A stretch of DNA of 56,692 nucleotides from a virus (Duplodnaviria; Caudoviricetes): the IMG/VR virus record IMGVR_UViG_3300050330_000084, positions 1-56,692 of that record. The stretch is one strand, 5' to 3'. The position numbers were made by a program, and so were the translations under genes. This document shows, one piece after another, positions 17,494-27,091 of the stretch (its first letter is position 1; every line of letters starts with the position of its first letter). The notes under the pieces are model-generated. The model worked only from the letters and a program-made list of their open reading frames with translations, made no database searches and was not told the origin of the DNA.

Positions 17494-19938
17494 CTAGAAT
17501 GCGGAGTCCACGGCCAGACGGCCGGCTTGCGGAACCGCCGCCTGCCCTACGGCCTGGCTGGTAGCCCTTGCGGCGGCGGCCGGCGCCTGGGATGCCTGCG
17601 TGACAGTCTGGTTCACCGTCGAGTTGACCGTCACCGGGAACTGCCGGTTGTCCTGGCGCGCATCGGTGACCGTAGCCTGCACCGCCTTCTCGGGCGTCAT
17701 CTTCGCCAGATTGGCGTTCATGTTCTCCAGCATGGCGCGGAGTTGATCCATGCCGCCAGCATTATTCCGCCCGGCTTCCTCCGAGATTGACGTTCGGCCG
17801 GGTCGCGCGTTCCCTTCCCGCTTTCCCCGCTCGGCGGCATAGGCTGCGACCCGATCCGCAGCCACTTGGGCGGCCGTCTCGAACGCGGAAACAGCCGCCC
17901 TGCCCGCAGACAGGATTTTCGTGGCAGGGTCGGCGGTCTTGGCCGGCGCCAAAGAAGCCACAGGCTTAGGAGGCGGCGCACCCTGCACGACAGGTGCCGG
18001 AGGCTGCCCAACGAGAGTCCCGACCTCGGCCCCGGCATCGGCGACCTGCTTGCGATCGTCGGCCTCGGCGAACCAGCCTTTTGCCCAGTCGGGCAGGAGC
18101 GATGCGAACCAGCTTTGAATGCTCCCTCCAACCGACATAAGTCCGTCGAGCAGGCTCCGGCCCAACCGTACCCCCACGTCGACAAGATCGATGTCGAACC
18201 AAGCTTTGACCGTATCGACAATCGACGTCCCCAGACCAACGAAAATGCCAAGGATCAGCTTGGCGATACCTTCGAACACGCCAAGGATGGCTTTGCCGAG
18301 CCGGCTCCAGTCCAGATTTACGAGCGTGTCGATGATGCCGAGGACAAGCGAAGCCAGAGCTTCGCCAAGGCCCTTCACTCCGAGGAGGATGCCAACGACA
18401 ATAGCGGCTCCGACCGGAATGACGTTCTGGCCGAGCATCTGGCCGATCGATCCCCAGTCGATCGCTCCGAATGCCTCCATCAAATTGAGCATCAACGATG
18501 GCCCAAGTGCCATCACGGCAGATGGGATGTCGTGAAGCCCGGCGACGACCGCGTTGGCGACCTGGGCGCCCAGGCCCAGCCAGTCGATGCTCGAAACCTC
18601 GGCCCATGCCGATGTGAGATATCCGGTTATGATCCCCGCGATGCCGGAGAAGCCAGACGTCAGAGCGTCCACGATGCCTCTCGACACGCCGGCCCAATCG
18701 GCGGACATGAAAGCGTCCCGGATACCGGAAATCGCATCTGCGACGCCGGGGAACAGGTCGCTAAGCCCATCCAGAAGATGCGGCCAAGCCTCGGAGACGT
18801 AGCTGACGAAATCGCCGATGTAGCTCTCGCCACCGGTCAGGTAGGCGAAGAAATCATCCAGCGCGAGGACAACACCTGCAACGATTGCCGTCATCGGCGC
18901 GAAAATCGCCAAGAGGACTCCGGCCAATGCGGCCAATCCCTGCCACTTCGAAAGATCGATGTCGCCGCCGCTGATCAACCGGAGGAAGTCGGCAATGACC
19001 TGCCCGACGCGGCCGCCGACCGCCTCTCCAATTTTGCCGATGGCCTTCGCCCACCGTTCCACTGCCTGTATCGCTCGGACAAACCCGTTGGAAATGGCCG
19101 TTGCCCAGCGATCCATCGTGCCATCTTTGGTCCAGCGCTCGACAGTGTCTTGGACGCCCTGCAGCTTACGGGTGATGTAGTCGTAATACCCGCTGTCTCC
19201 GACCTTCTTCAGAAACCCCGTCCATGCATCGCCGAGATTGGACAGGATGCCGCCCTGCGTCTTCGACAGCTTATCCATGGCGCCGTCGAAGCGACCGAAT
19301 ATCTCGGTGAGCGCCGCGATGATTTCCGGCCCGTTCTTGCGAACGGTCTTTGACATCTCCTTGCCGTTTTCGTTCCAATTGTAGGTGATCTTGTCACCTT
19401 GGACCTTGGCCTTGATCCCGAACTCCTTCAGGCGCTCGTTTTCGCCGGTGACGGCATCGGCGATAGCTTCAACGCCCTGCATCAAGCTCTTGCCCATACC
19501 CGCCGACGCATCGCCGACGCGCTTGAGCAGGCCGCTCATAGGGTCGAGGCCGTAGGCCCGCATTCGCACGAATGCTTCGGATACCTGGTTCAGATCGTAG
19601 GGCGTGGTGGCGGCGAAGTCCTGCACCCATGCCATAGACGTTTTTGCTTTGTCGGAACTGCCTTCGATCGTCGTCAGGACTGTTTCAAGGTTTTCGAACT
19701 GCTGGCCGACCTTCAGAACGTCGGACGGCATAGAGCCGATCGTATCGCCGATCTTATTGGCAAAGCCGACCGCCATCTGGCCCAAGAAGGTACCGATGGC
19801 CACCGACATCATGTTAATGCGGTTGGCGACCTTCTCCGCGCGTTGCTGGGCGCGGTCGAGCCCACGGTTGAAGCGGTCAAGCTCACCTTCGCCCTTTACA
19901 TCATAGCCGAGGATGGCGATTAATTCGTCGATGATCAT
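17494..19938 (-). CDS. Tape measure protein
   Basis: 814 aa; FAATTPY, GENERLKEFGI, SNLGDAW; periodic DW repeats. Confidence 0.92.
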   Translation of the reverse strand: MIIDELIAILGYDVKGEGELDRFNRGLDRAQQRAEKVANRINMMSVAIGTFLGQMAVGFANKIGDTIGSMPSDVLKVGQQFENLETVLTTIEGSSDKAKTSMAWVQDFAATTPYDLNQVSEAFVRMRAYGLDPMSGLLKRVGDASAGMGKSLMQGVEAIADAVTGENERLKEFGIKAKVQGDKITYNWNENGKEMSKTVRKNGPEIIAALTEIFGRFDGAMDKLSKTQGGILSNLGDAWTGFLKKVGDSGYYDYITRKLQGVQDTVERWTKDGTMDRWATAISNGFVRAIQAVERWAKAIGKIGEAVGGRVGQVIADFLRLISGGDIDLSKWQGLAALAGVLLAIFAPMTAIVAGVVLALDDFFAYLTGGESYIGDFVSYVSEAWPHLLDGLSDLFPGVADAISGIRDAFMSADWAGVSRGIVDALTSGFSGIAGIITGYLTSAWAEVSSIDWLGLGAQVANAVVAGLHDIPSAVMALGPSLMLNLMEAFGAIDWGSIGQMLGQNVIPVGAAIVVGILLGVKGLGEALASLVLGIIDTLVNLDWSRLGKAILGVFEGIAKLILGIFVGLGTSIVDTVKAWFDIDLVDVGVRLGRSLLDGLMSVGGSIQSWFASLLPDWAKGWFAEADDRKQVADAGAEVGTLVGQPPAPVVQGAPPPKPVASLAPAKTADPATKILSAGRAAVSAFETAAQVAADRVAAYAAERGKREGNARPGRTSISEEAGRNNAGGMDQLRAMLENMNANLAKMTPEKAVQATVTDARQDNRQFPVTVNSTVNQTVTQASQAPAAAARATSQAVGQAAVPQAGRLAVDSAF

Positions 19939-19958
19939 CCGGACGCTCGGGGTTGGGG

Positions 19959-20204
19959 ATGGGACAGAAGACCGCTCAAAGATATTGCCCGACTGAGCAA
20001 CGCCTTGTTCTTGGCGTGAAGCAGACGCCAAACCACATCCTGCACCTCTTGCTGACTATCGTGACAGGGGGGCTATGGCTGATCGTTTGGCTTGCCATGA
20101 TCATCATCAGAGCCGAAAGCAACTACCGTTGCCCCTCGTGCGGCGGCAAGACGGTTAGGCGGGCGCCGAAGGGTTTTGTCCAAGCCCCGCAATCTCACGC
20201 CTGA
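19959..20204 (+). CDS. Small membrane protein with zinc-ribbon half-sites (LITAF-like layout)
   Basis: CPTE...NHILHLLLTIVTGGLWLIVW...CPSCG. Confidence 0.65.
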   Translation: MGQKTAQRYCPTEQRLVLGVKQTPNHILHLLLTIVTGGLWLIVWLAMIIIRAESNYRCPSCGGKTVRRAPKGFVQAPQSHA

Positions 20205-20268
20205 ATAGCACTTACTCGACTCCCTCCCCTTCCAGTGCTTCAATGGCTTTGGGAGGATATGGGGGAAA

Positions 20269-20679
20269 ATGGGGTTTCGGTTCCGCCGATCCGTAAGGAT
20301 CGCGCCGGGTATTCGCATCAACTTCAATGCCAAGAGCACGAGTGTCCGAATTGGACCTCGCGGCCTTGGCTATACGTTCAGTTCGACCGGCAAGAAGCAC
20401 GTCACGGCCGGAATACCAGGAACCGGGCTATCCTTCACGCAAACGGTAGCGCCAGCCCGGAAAGCTGCCCGCGCCCTGCTTGACTGGAACCAAGACAAAC
20501 TGGCGACTGAAAGCGGCCTCGCCGCCTCGACGATCAAGCGGCTAGAGAACAGCGGCTTGGCGAAAGCCTCCCTTGAGAACGTTGACAAAATTTCCGAGGC
20601 CCTAGAGCGCGCGGGCATCGAGTTTTACAATCACGGCGAACCCGGCGTGCGCCTGCGCCGGCGAGAGGCCAGCGAATGA
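20269..20679 (+). CDS. DUF4236 domain fused to XRE-family HTH
   Basis: MGFRFRRSVRIAPGIRIN...GIPGTGLSF then AARALLDWNQDKLA..SGL..STIKRLE...ALERAGIEF. Confidence 0.75.
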   Translation: MGFRFRRSVRIAPGIRINFNAKSTSVRIGPRGLGYTFSSTGKKHVTAGIPGTGLSFTQTVAPARKAARALLDWNQDKLATESGLAASTIKRLENSGLAKASLENVDKISEALERAGIEFYNHGEPGVRLRRREASE

Positions 20680-21326
20680 GCCCGAGCCCTTTCCTTCTAC
20701 AACTCGCAATTTTGTTTCTACCCGGAGTGGTGTGGGCGCATTTGGATGCGAAGTTCGCAACAAAGGGCTCCCCGTCTCAGGTCGAGTTTCTGGCAAGATC
20801 GCTTTTTTTCGGACTGGTGAGCTACGCCGCAACCTATGTGCTTTTCGGTTTGCTCGGGCACCCTTTCGAGATGATTGACTTCAACCAGGTCAACGATCAC
20901 GCGGTAATCACCAAGCCTGTCGCAATTCAGATCATCTCCGCGACGGCAGTCGGATTTCTACTCTCTGTCATCTGGATGTACGGAGTTCGCTTCAAGTGGC
21001 TCACCCGCATCCTGCAAAAGATCGGGGCGACTCGCACCTATGGCGACGAGGACGTTTGGGACTTCACGCTCAATTCTCGAAGCGCGGTGTCCGAATATGT
21101 TCACTATCGCGATTTCGAGAACGAGATCGTTTACGCCGGCTGGATCTTGCTTTTCTCAGAGACCGAGAAACTGCGCGAACTGGTCCTCCGCGACGTTCAG
21201 GTCTTCGATTTCAACGGCTCCCTACTTTTTGAGCAGCCAAGGATATATATTGCAAGGAAGGCCGAAGGGATGCACCTAGAGTTCCCAGCGACCCAAGCGC
21301 AGATTGCGCCGGAGAAAGCGACATGA
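20676..21326 (+). CDS. Membrane protein (DUF6338-like)
   Basis: LFLPG, three TM segments, DVWDF, YAGWI, ELVLRDV. Confidence 0.65.
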   Translation: MSPSPFLLQLAILFLPGVVWAHLDAKFATKGSPSQVEFLARSLFFGLVSYAATYVLFGLLGHPFEMIDFNQVNDHAVITKPVAIQIISATAVGFLLSVIWMYGVRFKWLTRILQKIGATRTYGDEDVWDFTLNSRSAVSEYVHYRDFENEIVYAGWILLFSETEKLRELVLRDVQVFDFNGSLLFEQPRIYIARKAEGMHLEFPATQAQIAPEKAT

Positions 21327-21505
21327 GCGACAGCAACGCCCGCAGCACGGGTTCATACGAAAAGCGTGGCTACCTGACGGAAGGGTATGACCGCAAAGGC
21401 GGTATCAACCCGGCGACCTCCCGCGTCGTAACTCGCCCGCCGGCTCCTGCGCCGATGCACCCCCGCAAAGATCCAGCACCCTCCAAAACGCCGCCAAAGC
21501 GTTAG
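21323..21505 (+). CDS. Small basic Pro-rich protein
   Basis: ATGA-coupled to the upstream gene; 60 aa. Confidence 0.5.
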   Translation: MSDSNARSTGSYEKRGYLTEGYDRKGGINPATSRVVTRPPAPAPMHPRKDPAPSKTPPKR

Positions 21506-21549
21506 CTGCATAGACCTGCTCTCGATAAAGCCACGCTAGCCGAGGAATC

Positions 21550-22146
21550 TCAAGTTTGCCCAGTAGACCCGATGCCGTTTATCTTATCAAACAGGAACGT
21601 GATCGCGTAGATGCTCAAGAATGCGTAGTGAGCTACAAAGAATAGGACGCCGGCCAGCGCAACGCGCTTGATAGACACCATGTGATCTCCGGCAACGTAT
21701 GCGAAATTAACATTATCTATTATGATATAGAGAACAATAAACACCATGCCAATGGTGCAGAGATAGCCGAATAAAAGACTTGCGTACTGTCGTAAGGTCA
21801 GTGTCTCGAAAAAATATTCGTTCTCCCTATTGCTCCAAACTCTGATCTCGGCGTTTGTGCCTTTGAGCGGCTCATCCAACCCTTCCCGCTCAAACGTAGC
21901 GAATGCGCCCAACGCGGCTAGATGAAATGGAACGACGAAAACCATAAATTGGAAAATATTGGATGCAATTTTTCGCAAGAAGTCTGGGTCAAACGCGTCC
22001 GGGAATAGAAGCACAACGACAAAGATGGCTCCCGCAACAGCACATGGGAGCAAAAACTCATATACACGCTTCGACTTGAGGATCGGCTGGCTTCCGCGAA
22101 TGGCCAGGAAGCGCAGAGACGCTAAAAGCTCCCTTGCCCACCACAT
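21550..22146 (-). CDS. 4-TM membrane protein, candidate defence effector
   Basis: Four hydrophobic segments; FHLAALGAFATF and LTLRQYASLLFGYL; low GC. Confidence 0.7.
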   Translation of the reverse strand: MWWARELLASLRFLAIRGSQPILKSKRVYEFLLPCAVAGAIFVVVLLFPDAFDPDFLRKIASNIFQFMVFVVPFHLAALGAFATFEREGLDEPLKGTNAEIRVWSNRENEYFFETLTLRQYASLLFGYLCTIGMVFIVLYIIIDNVNFAYVAGDHMVSIKRVALAGVLFFVAHYAFLSIYAITFLFDKINGIGSTGQT

Positions 22147-22148
22147 GG

Positions 22149-23159
22149 CTATTTCCAGTGTTTTTCGGTGTGGAGGACGCTCTTAGCCGCCTTAATCACA
22201 GGCGCCTGGAATTTATCGTAGCACTCCAAGATTGTGCCGACCAATCCGTCAATCGGGACCGTCTTGCAATACCGCATGTCGGCGTCATCCAGCTTATCGA
22301 TGGCAATCGCCTTAGTATTGCTCATCGGTTGGCCGTCCTCATCCACGAGTTCCAAATTCAATGCTTCGAAGTCGATGCCGTCAAAAGTCTGCCGAACGTG
22401 GTCAATGAGTGCTCGCACTTTGCCGAAATCATTTGTTGGATTGATGCGTGCAGTCAGTTTGACGTCGAGATGTTCGATCTTAGGCTCGCCAGCCTCTCCC
22501 TTGAACTCTTTAGTGCCACGAACCAGCTTGAATCCACCGATCCTGCCTTCTTCGAGATCCTTCTTCAAACTAGCATTCGGCTGCGGGTTGAATGAAACCG
22601 TCGGGCGGTAGTCGATTGTTTCTGGCTTTTCCTTCGCGCTCCGTCGCTTCTTTTCCGCTACGAACTTTTCCGGATATTCCTTGGCGTACCGACCGAGGAG
22701 ATCAGCCATGAAACTCTTTGCTAAGGCCCTCCCGATCCCGCGCGTCCGTTCTACCGCCATCCGATAGCGCCCCTGATCGCTCCCTCCTACAATGGCTTGC
22801 TTCGAGATAATCAGATGTGATGAAGCCCCCGGCACATCACCCGGTTCGTCAGATTTTATCGGTTTCACTTTCCGCTTCTTTGGGTTCACGAAGCCGGGGA
22901 GACCCCTCCCTGGGTCGCCTCGCACCAAAAGGAGGGAGAAGTAGTCCGCACTATCTCCGAAATCAGAAATGTAGATCGCGTTTGATTCGTCTATCGACGC
23001 GTCCGCTTTCGCATTGGTCCCGACAATGAACGAGATTGCGTCACCCTTATCATAGTAGAATTTGCAAGCATCTATAAGGGTTTGAAGGTATACCTCCGCG
23101 TTCACCGCGGGGTAACGCCCCATGGACACCTTCATTAACTGAAAGACTTTGTCTGCCAT
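22149..23159 (-). CDS. Soluble hypothetical protein, partner of the 4-TM gene
   Basis: 336 aa, 2 bp from the TM gene, low GC. Confidence 0.7.
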   Translation of the reverse strand: MADKVFQLMKVSMGRYPAVNAEVYLQTLIDACKFYYDKGDAISFIVGTNAKADASIDESNAIYISDFGDSADYFSLLLVRGDPGRGLPGFVNPKKRKVKPIKSDEPGDVPGASSHLIISKQAIVGGSDQGRYRMAVERTRGIGRALAKSFMADLLGRYAKEYPEKFVAEKKRRSAKEKPETIDYRPTVSFNPQPNASLKKDLEEGRIGGFKLVRGTKEFKGEAGEPKIEHLDVKLTARINPTNDFGKVRALIDHVRQTFDGIDFEALNLELVDEDGQPMSNTKAIAIDKLDDADMRYCKTVPIDGLVGTILECYDKFQAPVIKAAKSVLHTEKHWK

Positions 23160-23257
23160 CGCCCTGCCCAACATTCCCCACCTCAATCAAAGCGGGCAAT
23201 CTCAGGAGAGTCGAGTCAAAATATCGCCCATGGCTATCTGAAAGAGCGTTAGGTCTG

Positions 23258-23498
23258 CTATTTCTGATCGGTAGCCTTCTCGGCTATCGCCGACCGCAGG
23301 TCGAGCGCCTCGTTGGCGTCGTAGACATCGACCAGCGTCACCCAGGTCTTGAGATCGCCAAGGGTGTAGATCGGCGGATCAGCTAGGATCGGGCGCCACA
23401 GCAGAAGGTTGAGGTTCGGCGCGATCCGCTCGACCTCCCGGTCGCTTAGGCCGCGACCGTCTTCGCGGGGCTGCCAGTCCCCCGCTCGCCGGAAAAAA
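23258..23498 (-). CDS. Tail assembly chaperone -1 frameshift extension (G-T-like)
   Basis: -1 frame open from the T6 run (GGTTTTTTCC, 23491-23500) to TAG at 23258: ...LWRPILADPPIYTLGDLKTWVTLVDVYDANEALD... Confidence 0.65.
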
Positions 23499-23880
23499 CC
23501 TCTGCGAACTGCTCCTGCAGAACGAAGGTGGCGACCGGGATGATATCGCCAAGTCGCCCGGTGAAATCGCCATCAAGGTCAACCTGATCGTAGGCGCCGC
23601 TGGGGCGCTTGATCATGGCGACCTGGACCACGTCTCGGACCAGATCAGTCGCATCGTCAGCCTTCATCCCGCCGATGATGTCGGACAGCGCGGAGATCGC
23701 TGCGGAATTCGCTTTCTCGCGGGCGTCTTGCTTGCCATCGCGGATACCGGCGAAGATTTCAGGGAGCCGGTCGATGGCCGGGCCGATGGCCTTGACCAGC
23801 CGCATCTGGAGCCGGATCGCTTCCGTCGCCAGCAGCGGCTCGACCTTGAAGGTGCGGTTGTTGATCTTCTTCTCAGCCAT
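23446..23880 (-). CDS. Tail assembly chaperone
   Basis: Position after tail tube; slippery run near the 3' end. Confidence 0.75.
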   Translation of the reverse strand: MAEKKINNRTFKVEPLLATEAIRLQMRLVKAIGPAIDRLPEIFAGIRDGKQDAREKANSAAISALSDIIGGMKADDATDLVRDVVQVAMIKRPSGAYDQVDLDGDFTGRLGDIIPVATFVLQEQFAEVFSGERGTGSPAKTVAA

Positions 23881-23888
23881 GGCTTACC

Positions 23889-24317
23889 TCAACCGTTCGG
23901 CGTCGCCGGCTCATATTCGCCGGTCCACAGCACCCATGCCCTGACAACGGCATTCTTGCCCTTGCTGTCCGTCGGCGCCTGCATGATGTAGCACTGGTCG
24001 GCCGTGCCGCCCTCGCCGCTGTCCTTGTCCATGAAATCGAAGGGGAAGGCCAACATGCGGCCGGCGCGCTGCTGCTTCCACTTCTCGACAAGCTGGCGAT
24101 GCGTCGGGCTGGTGTGCTTGATGCGGATCGTGATCTTCGCCGACTTGTCAGCCGACTGCGAAAAGATCGCAGAACCGTCGACACCGACGAGGCCGGTCCC
24201 GACATCGGCACCCTGATCGACGGTGATGGCATCGTCGCCGTCCCACATATCGCGGACCGTGAGGCCGTCGAGCGTCGCGGCCACGTTGAGGTAGGTGTAG
24301 GAGGATAGCTTTCCCAT
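23889..24317 (-). CDS. Tail tube protein (DUF3277-like)
   Basis: 142 aa after sheath; VGVDGS, ITIRIKHTSP, RAWVL. Confidence 0.8.
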   Translation of the reverse strand: MGKLSSYTYLNVAATLDGLTVRDMWDGDDAITVDQGADVGTGLVGVDGSAIFSQSADKSAKITIRIKHTSPTHRQLVEKWKQQRAGRMLAFPFDFMDKDSGEGGTADQCYIMQAPTDSKGKNAVVRAWVLWTGEYEPATPNG

Positions 24318-24330
24318 GGTGGCGGCTCCG

Positions 24331-25470
24331 TCAGAACGTCATCTGATAGTTGATCGTGGTGTAGTGAACGGCGCTCGAGTAGCGGAAGCGAACCGAAATC
24401 GCCGGGGCGATACGGGCCTTGCGCTGGCTTTCAGGGACGTCGAACACCGACGGCACGGTGATGACGACCGCCGGTTCGTAGGTGCCCGTGGCAGGGTTGA
24501 GGTCCTGGGCGACGATGCCGGCCCGGACGCCTTGGCGCATCACGGTGCGAGCCGCAGACGCGATCTGCTCCATGCCGGCATCCGTGTACGGGATACGGTC
24601 GTTGTTGAGCAGGATGCCAAGGGATTCTTCCTCTGTCCTGGCGATGATCCAGTCGGTGGCATGGATCTCGTCGATGAAAACGTTGGGCGTCAGAACCGTG
24701 CCCTCGGCGACGAAGTCCCGACCGCCGATGTCGATATAGGTGTTGGCCATGTGGCCGGCGGTCTTGGACTGCCCGAGTTGCGGCGTGAAGCCGGTGATGG
24801 CCTGGACGGCTGCAGAACCGAGGTTGACCGGGGCCACGCCCTTCAGACGCTTGAACTTCGCGGTGTACGCCGAACTCGCTTTATCGAAATTGCGGGTACC
24901 CAGCGACGCCGCGTACGCGAAGGCGCATTGCTCTGCGGCATCGGTGTGGTAGAACACGGCCGTGCGCTCCACGGTGCCCTTGTGGCGGGCGGAAATGCAG
25001 GTCGTGTTATTCTGGCTCTGATGGCCGGCGTCGTTGGAATCGATCATCGCCAGCTTGTTGCGCGCCTCAACCCACTGGATCAGGCCGTCAAGGGCCGCAT
25101 CGTCTCGCAGCGCCGTCTCGGGCGTTGCCCAGTACCAGTCCTGATCTGCGTCATAGAGCGCGTCGAGGTCGTTGATCAGGGCATCGTCATCATAGGCCGT
25201 GCCGCCGGTGAGCTGGCCGACCTTGACCTGGATCGGGCGCGGGTTCTGCGAGAACGCCGCGAGAGCAGCCTTGTAGAAATCGTCGGTGGAATCGAAGTCG
25301 GCGTCGACTTCCTCCATCGACCCATAGACCTTGGTGAGATTGCTCCCCAGGATTGAGGCTAGGCTCGTTGTCGTGAGGAACAGGGGCACGCCGAACCCGC
25401 GGCGGCTCGGGAATGCGTCGTTGCGCGACAGTGTCACGTTCACGACTCTCGAAAATGGTAGCTTTGCCAT
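24331..25470 (-). CDS. Tail sheath protein (DUF3383-like)
   Basis: RVVNV, FSQNPRP, TAKFKRLKGV, FIDEIHATDW, RIPYTDAG. Confidence 0.88.
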   Translation of the reverse strand: MAKLPFSRVVNVTLSRNDAFPSRRGFGVPLFLTTTSLASILGSNLTKVYGSMEEVDADFDSTDDFYKAALAAFSQNPRPIQVKVGQLTGGTAYDDDALINDLDALYDADQDWYWATPETALRDDAALDGLIQWVEARNKLAMIDSNDAGHQSQNNTTCISARHKGTVERTAVFYHTDAAEQCAFAYAASLGTRNFDKASSAYTAKFKRLKGVAPVNLGSAAVQAITGFTPQLGQSKTAGHMANTYIDIGGRDFVAEGTVLTPNVFIDEIHATDWIIARTEEESLGILLNNDRIPYTDAGMEQIASAARTVMRQGVRAGIVAQDLNPATGTYEPAVVITVPSVFDVPESQRKARIAPAISVRFRYSSAVHYTTINYQMTF

Positions 25471-25512
25471 ATCGTGTTCCTTAGTGTAACGTCCTTGTTT
25501 TCACAGGGAGAT

Positions 25513-26265
25513 ATGACGTTGAAGCCATACCAGTTGATCGACCCTGACGTTTTCTATGCAAAAGTTGACACGTCGCCGGGTCAGGGGCCGGACGGCGAAT
25601 GCTGGTTATGGACAGGGCACAGGGCCACGAGCGGGACAGGCCAGATCAGCACCACGCGAAGCGGCAAAACCTTCAATTTCAAGGCGCACCGCATGTCGCA
25701 CTGGTTGCGCTACGGCCGTTGTGATGAAGACCTATTTTGCATCCATGCTTGCGGTGAAGTTGCGTGCGTAAACCCGCGCCACCTCTACCTATCGACACGC
25801 AAGAAGGGCATCGAGCCTGCCAATATCATGCGGATGATCGACCGAACGCCGGGATTTGGTCCGAACGGGGACTGCTGGCGCTACACTGGCCACATATCCA
25901 AGAGCGGCTATGGGAGCTTTTCCAGCGAAGACGCCAAGACCTATCCCGCTCATAGATATCTGTTCGAACTCATTCACGGCGATCTGCCTGCCGATGTTTT
26001 CGTCTGCCACCGCTGCGACAACCGCGCTTGCGTAAATCCGGATCACCTGTTCCCCGGCACTCACGCCGACAACATGGCCGACCGGAATGTCAAGCGACGG
26101 CAGTCATTCGAACGCAAATGGTCGAAGATCACCGAGGCCGACGTGCGAGCGATCAAGTTCAATGACCACCGCAAGCATGACGAGATCGCCGCCAGCTACG
26201 GTATCAGTCGAACTACGGTCTCCTTCATCAAGAGCGGTAAACGCTGGGGCTACATTCGGCCCTAG
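25513..26265 (+). CDS. Free-standing tandem HNH homing endonuclease
   Basis: Two CW.(W/Y)TG...AHR...H.C...CVNP.HL units plus a C-terminal HTH; antisense to the late operon. Confidence 0.88.
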   Translation: MTLKPYQLIDPDVFYAKVDTSPGQGPDGECWLWTGHRATSGTGQISTTRSGKTFNFKAHRMSHWLRYGRCDEDLFCIHACGEVACVNPRHLYLSTRKKGIEPANIMRMIDRTPGFGPNGDCWRYTGHISKSGYGSFSSEDAKTYPAHRYLFELIHGDLPADVFVCHRCDNRACVNPDHLFPGTHADNMADRNVKRRQSFERKWSKITEADVRAIKFNDHRKHDEIAASYGISRTTVSFIKSGKRWGYIRP

Positions 26266-26747
26266 TGGGTCCGGTCGAAGTCGAACGGAGCCCTCTCGAT
26301 GACATCGACAAGGAAGCCGTCGCGGGTGAGGCCGCGCAGTGCCATTTTCATCTGCGCTCGCGGCTCCCACTTCTCGTTGACCAGCTCCGGCACGTTGCGG
26401 ACCTGGCTGCAATCGTGAATGACGAGCGCCGGAAACAGCGCCTCGTTTTTCTGCGCCAACTGGGCGGCCGAGCGGATCGGACGAAGGATGTCGGTCGGGT
26501 TAGGCCCGAAGGCATGGACCGAAAACCGCCACTCGGTTTCGATCGGCGGCGTGGCGGTTATGCCGGCCGTGTCCTCGTCGTATTCGATGTCCTGCGACCA
26601 TTCCCGGACGCGCACAGAGCCGGTGAAGTTGACCATCACGTACGGTAGCGCCGGCCGGTCCCCCTCCTGATACGCCTTGATTACGGTCAGGCCGGTGATA
26701 CCACTCAGCCAGCCGGCCAGCGCGGTGTGTACCTGATCGTCGGTCAT
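26262..26747 (-). CDS. Tail terminator/neck protein
   Basis: RPALPY motif; position before sheath. Confidence 0.7.
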   Translation of the reverse strand: MTDDQVHTALAGWLSGITGLTVIKAYQEGDRPALPYVMVNFTGSVRVREWSQDIEYDEDTAGITATPPIETEWRFSVHAFGPNPTDILRPIRSAAQLAQKNEALFPALVIHDCSQVRNVPELVNEKWEPRAQMKMALRGLTRDGFLVDVIERAPFDFDRTH

Positions 26748-27091
26748 GCCAGCAGCCCTATGGCCGCGCGCCAGAAACCGCCTTCCATGCGCGGCCAGAC
26801 GAACATGACGCGGAAGGACTGGCCACCATGGACGATGGTGTCATCCTTGCGGATTTCCGACCGCGACCACACCAGCCAGCGGGCTTCCTCTCGCAAGCCT
26901 TCGGGCAGGTCCATCAACTGCCGCCCTGATGCCGGCTGGACAGCGGCATGGATCGTGGTTGTGCTCGGCGCGCCCGGTATCCAATTGCCAAAGGTCGCCG
27001 ACCCCGGTGTCTGGTCATGATGACCGGAAGCCTTACGAGTGAGCGTGACGTTGACGGCCTCCCCGTCGATGGCCAGGGTAAGGTCGATCAT
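26744..27091 (-). CDS. Head closure/head-tail adaptor
   Basis: AVQPASGRQLMDLPEGLR motif. Confidence 0.7.
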   Translation of the reverse strand: MIDLTLAIDGEAVNVTLTRKASGHHDQTPGSATFGNWIPGAPSTTTIHAAVQPASGRQLMDLPEGLREEARWLVWSRSEIRKDDTIVHGGQSFRVMFVWPRMEGGFWRAAIGLLA

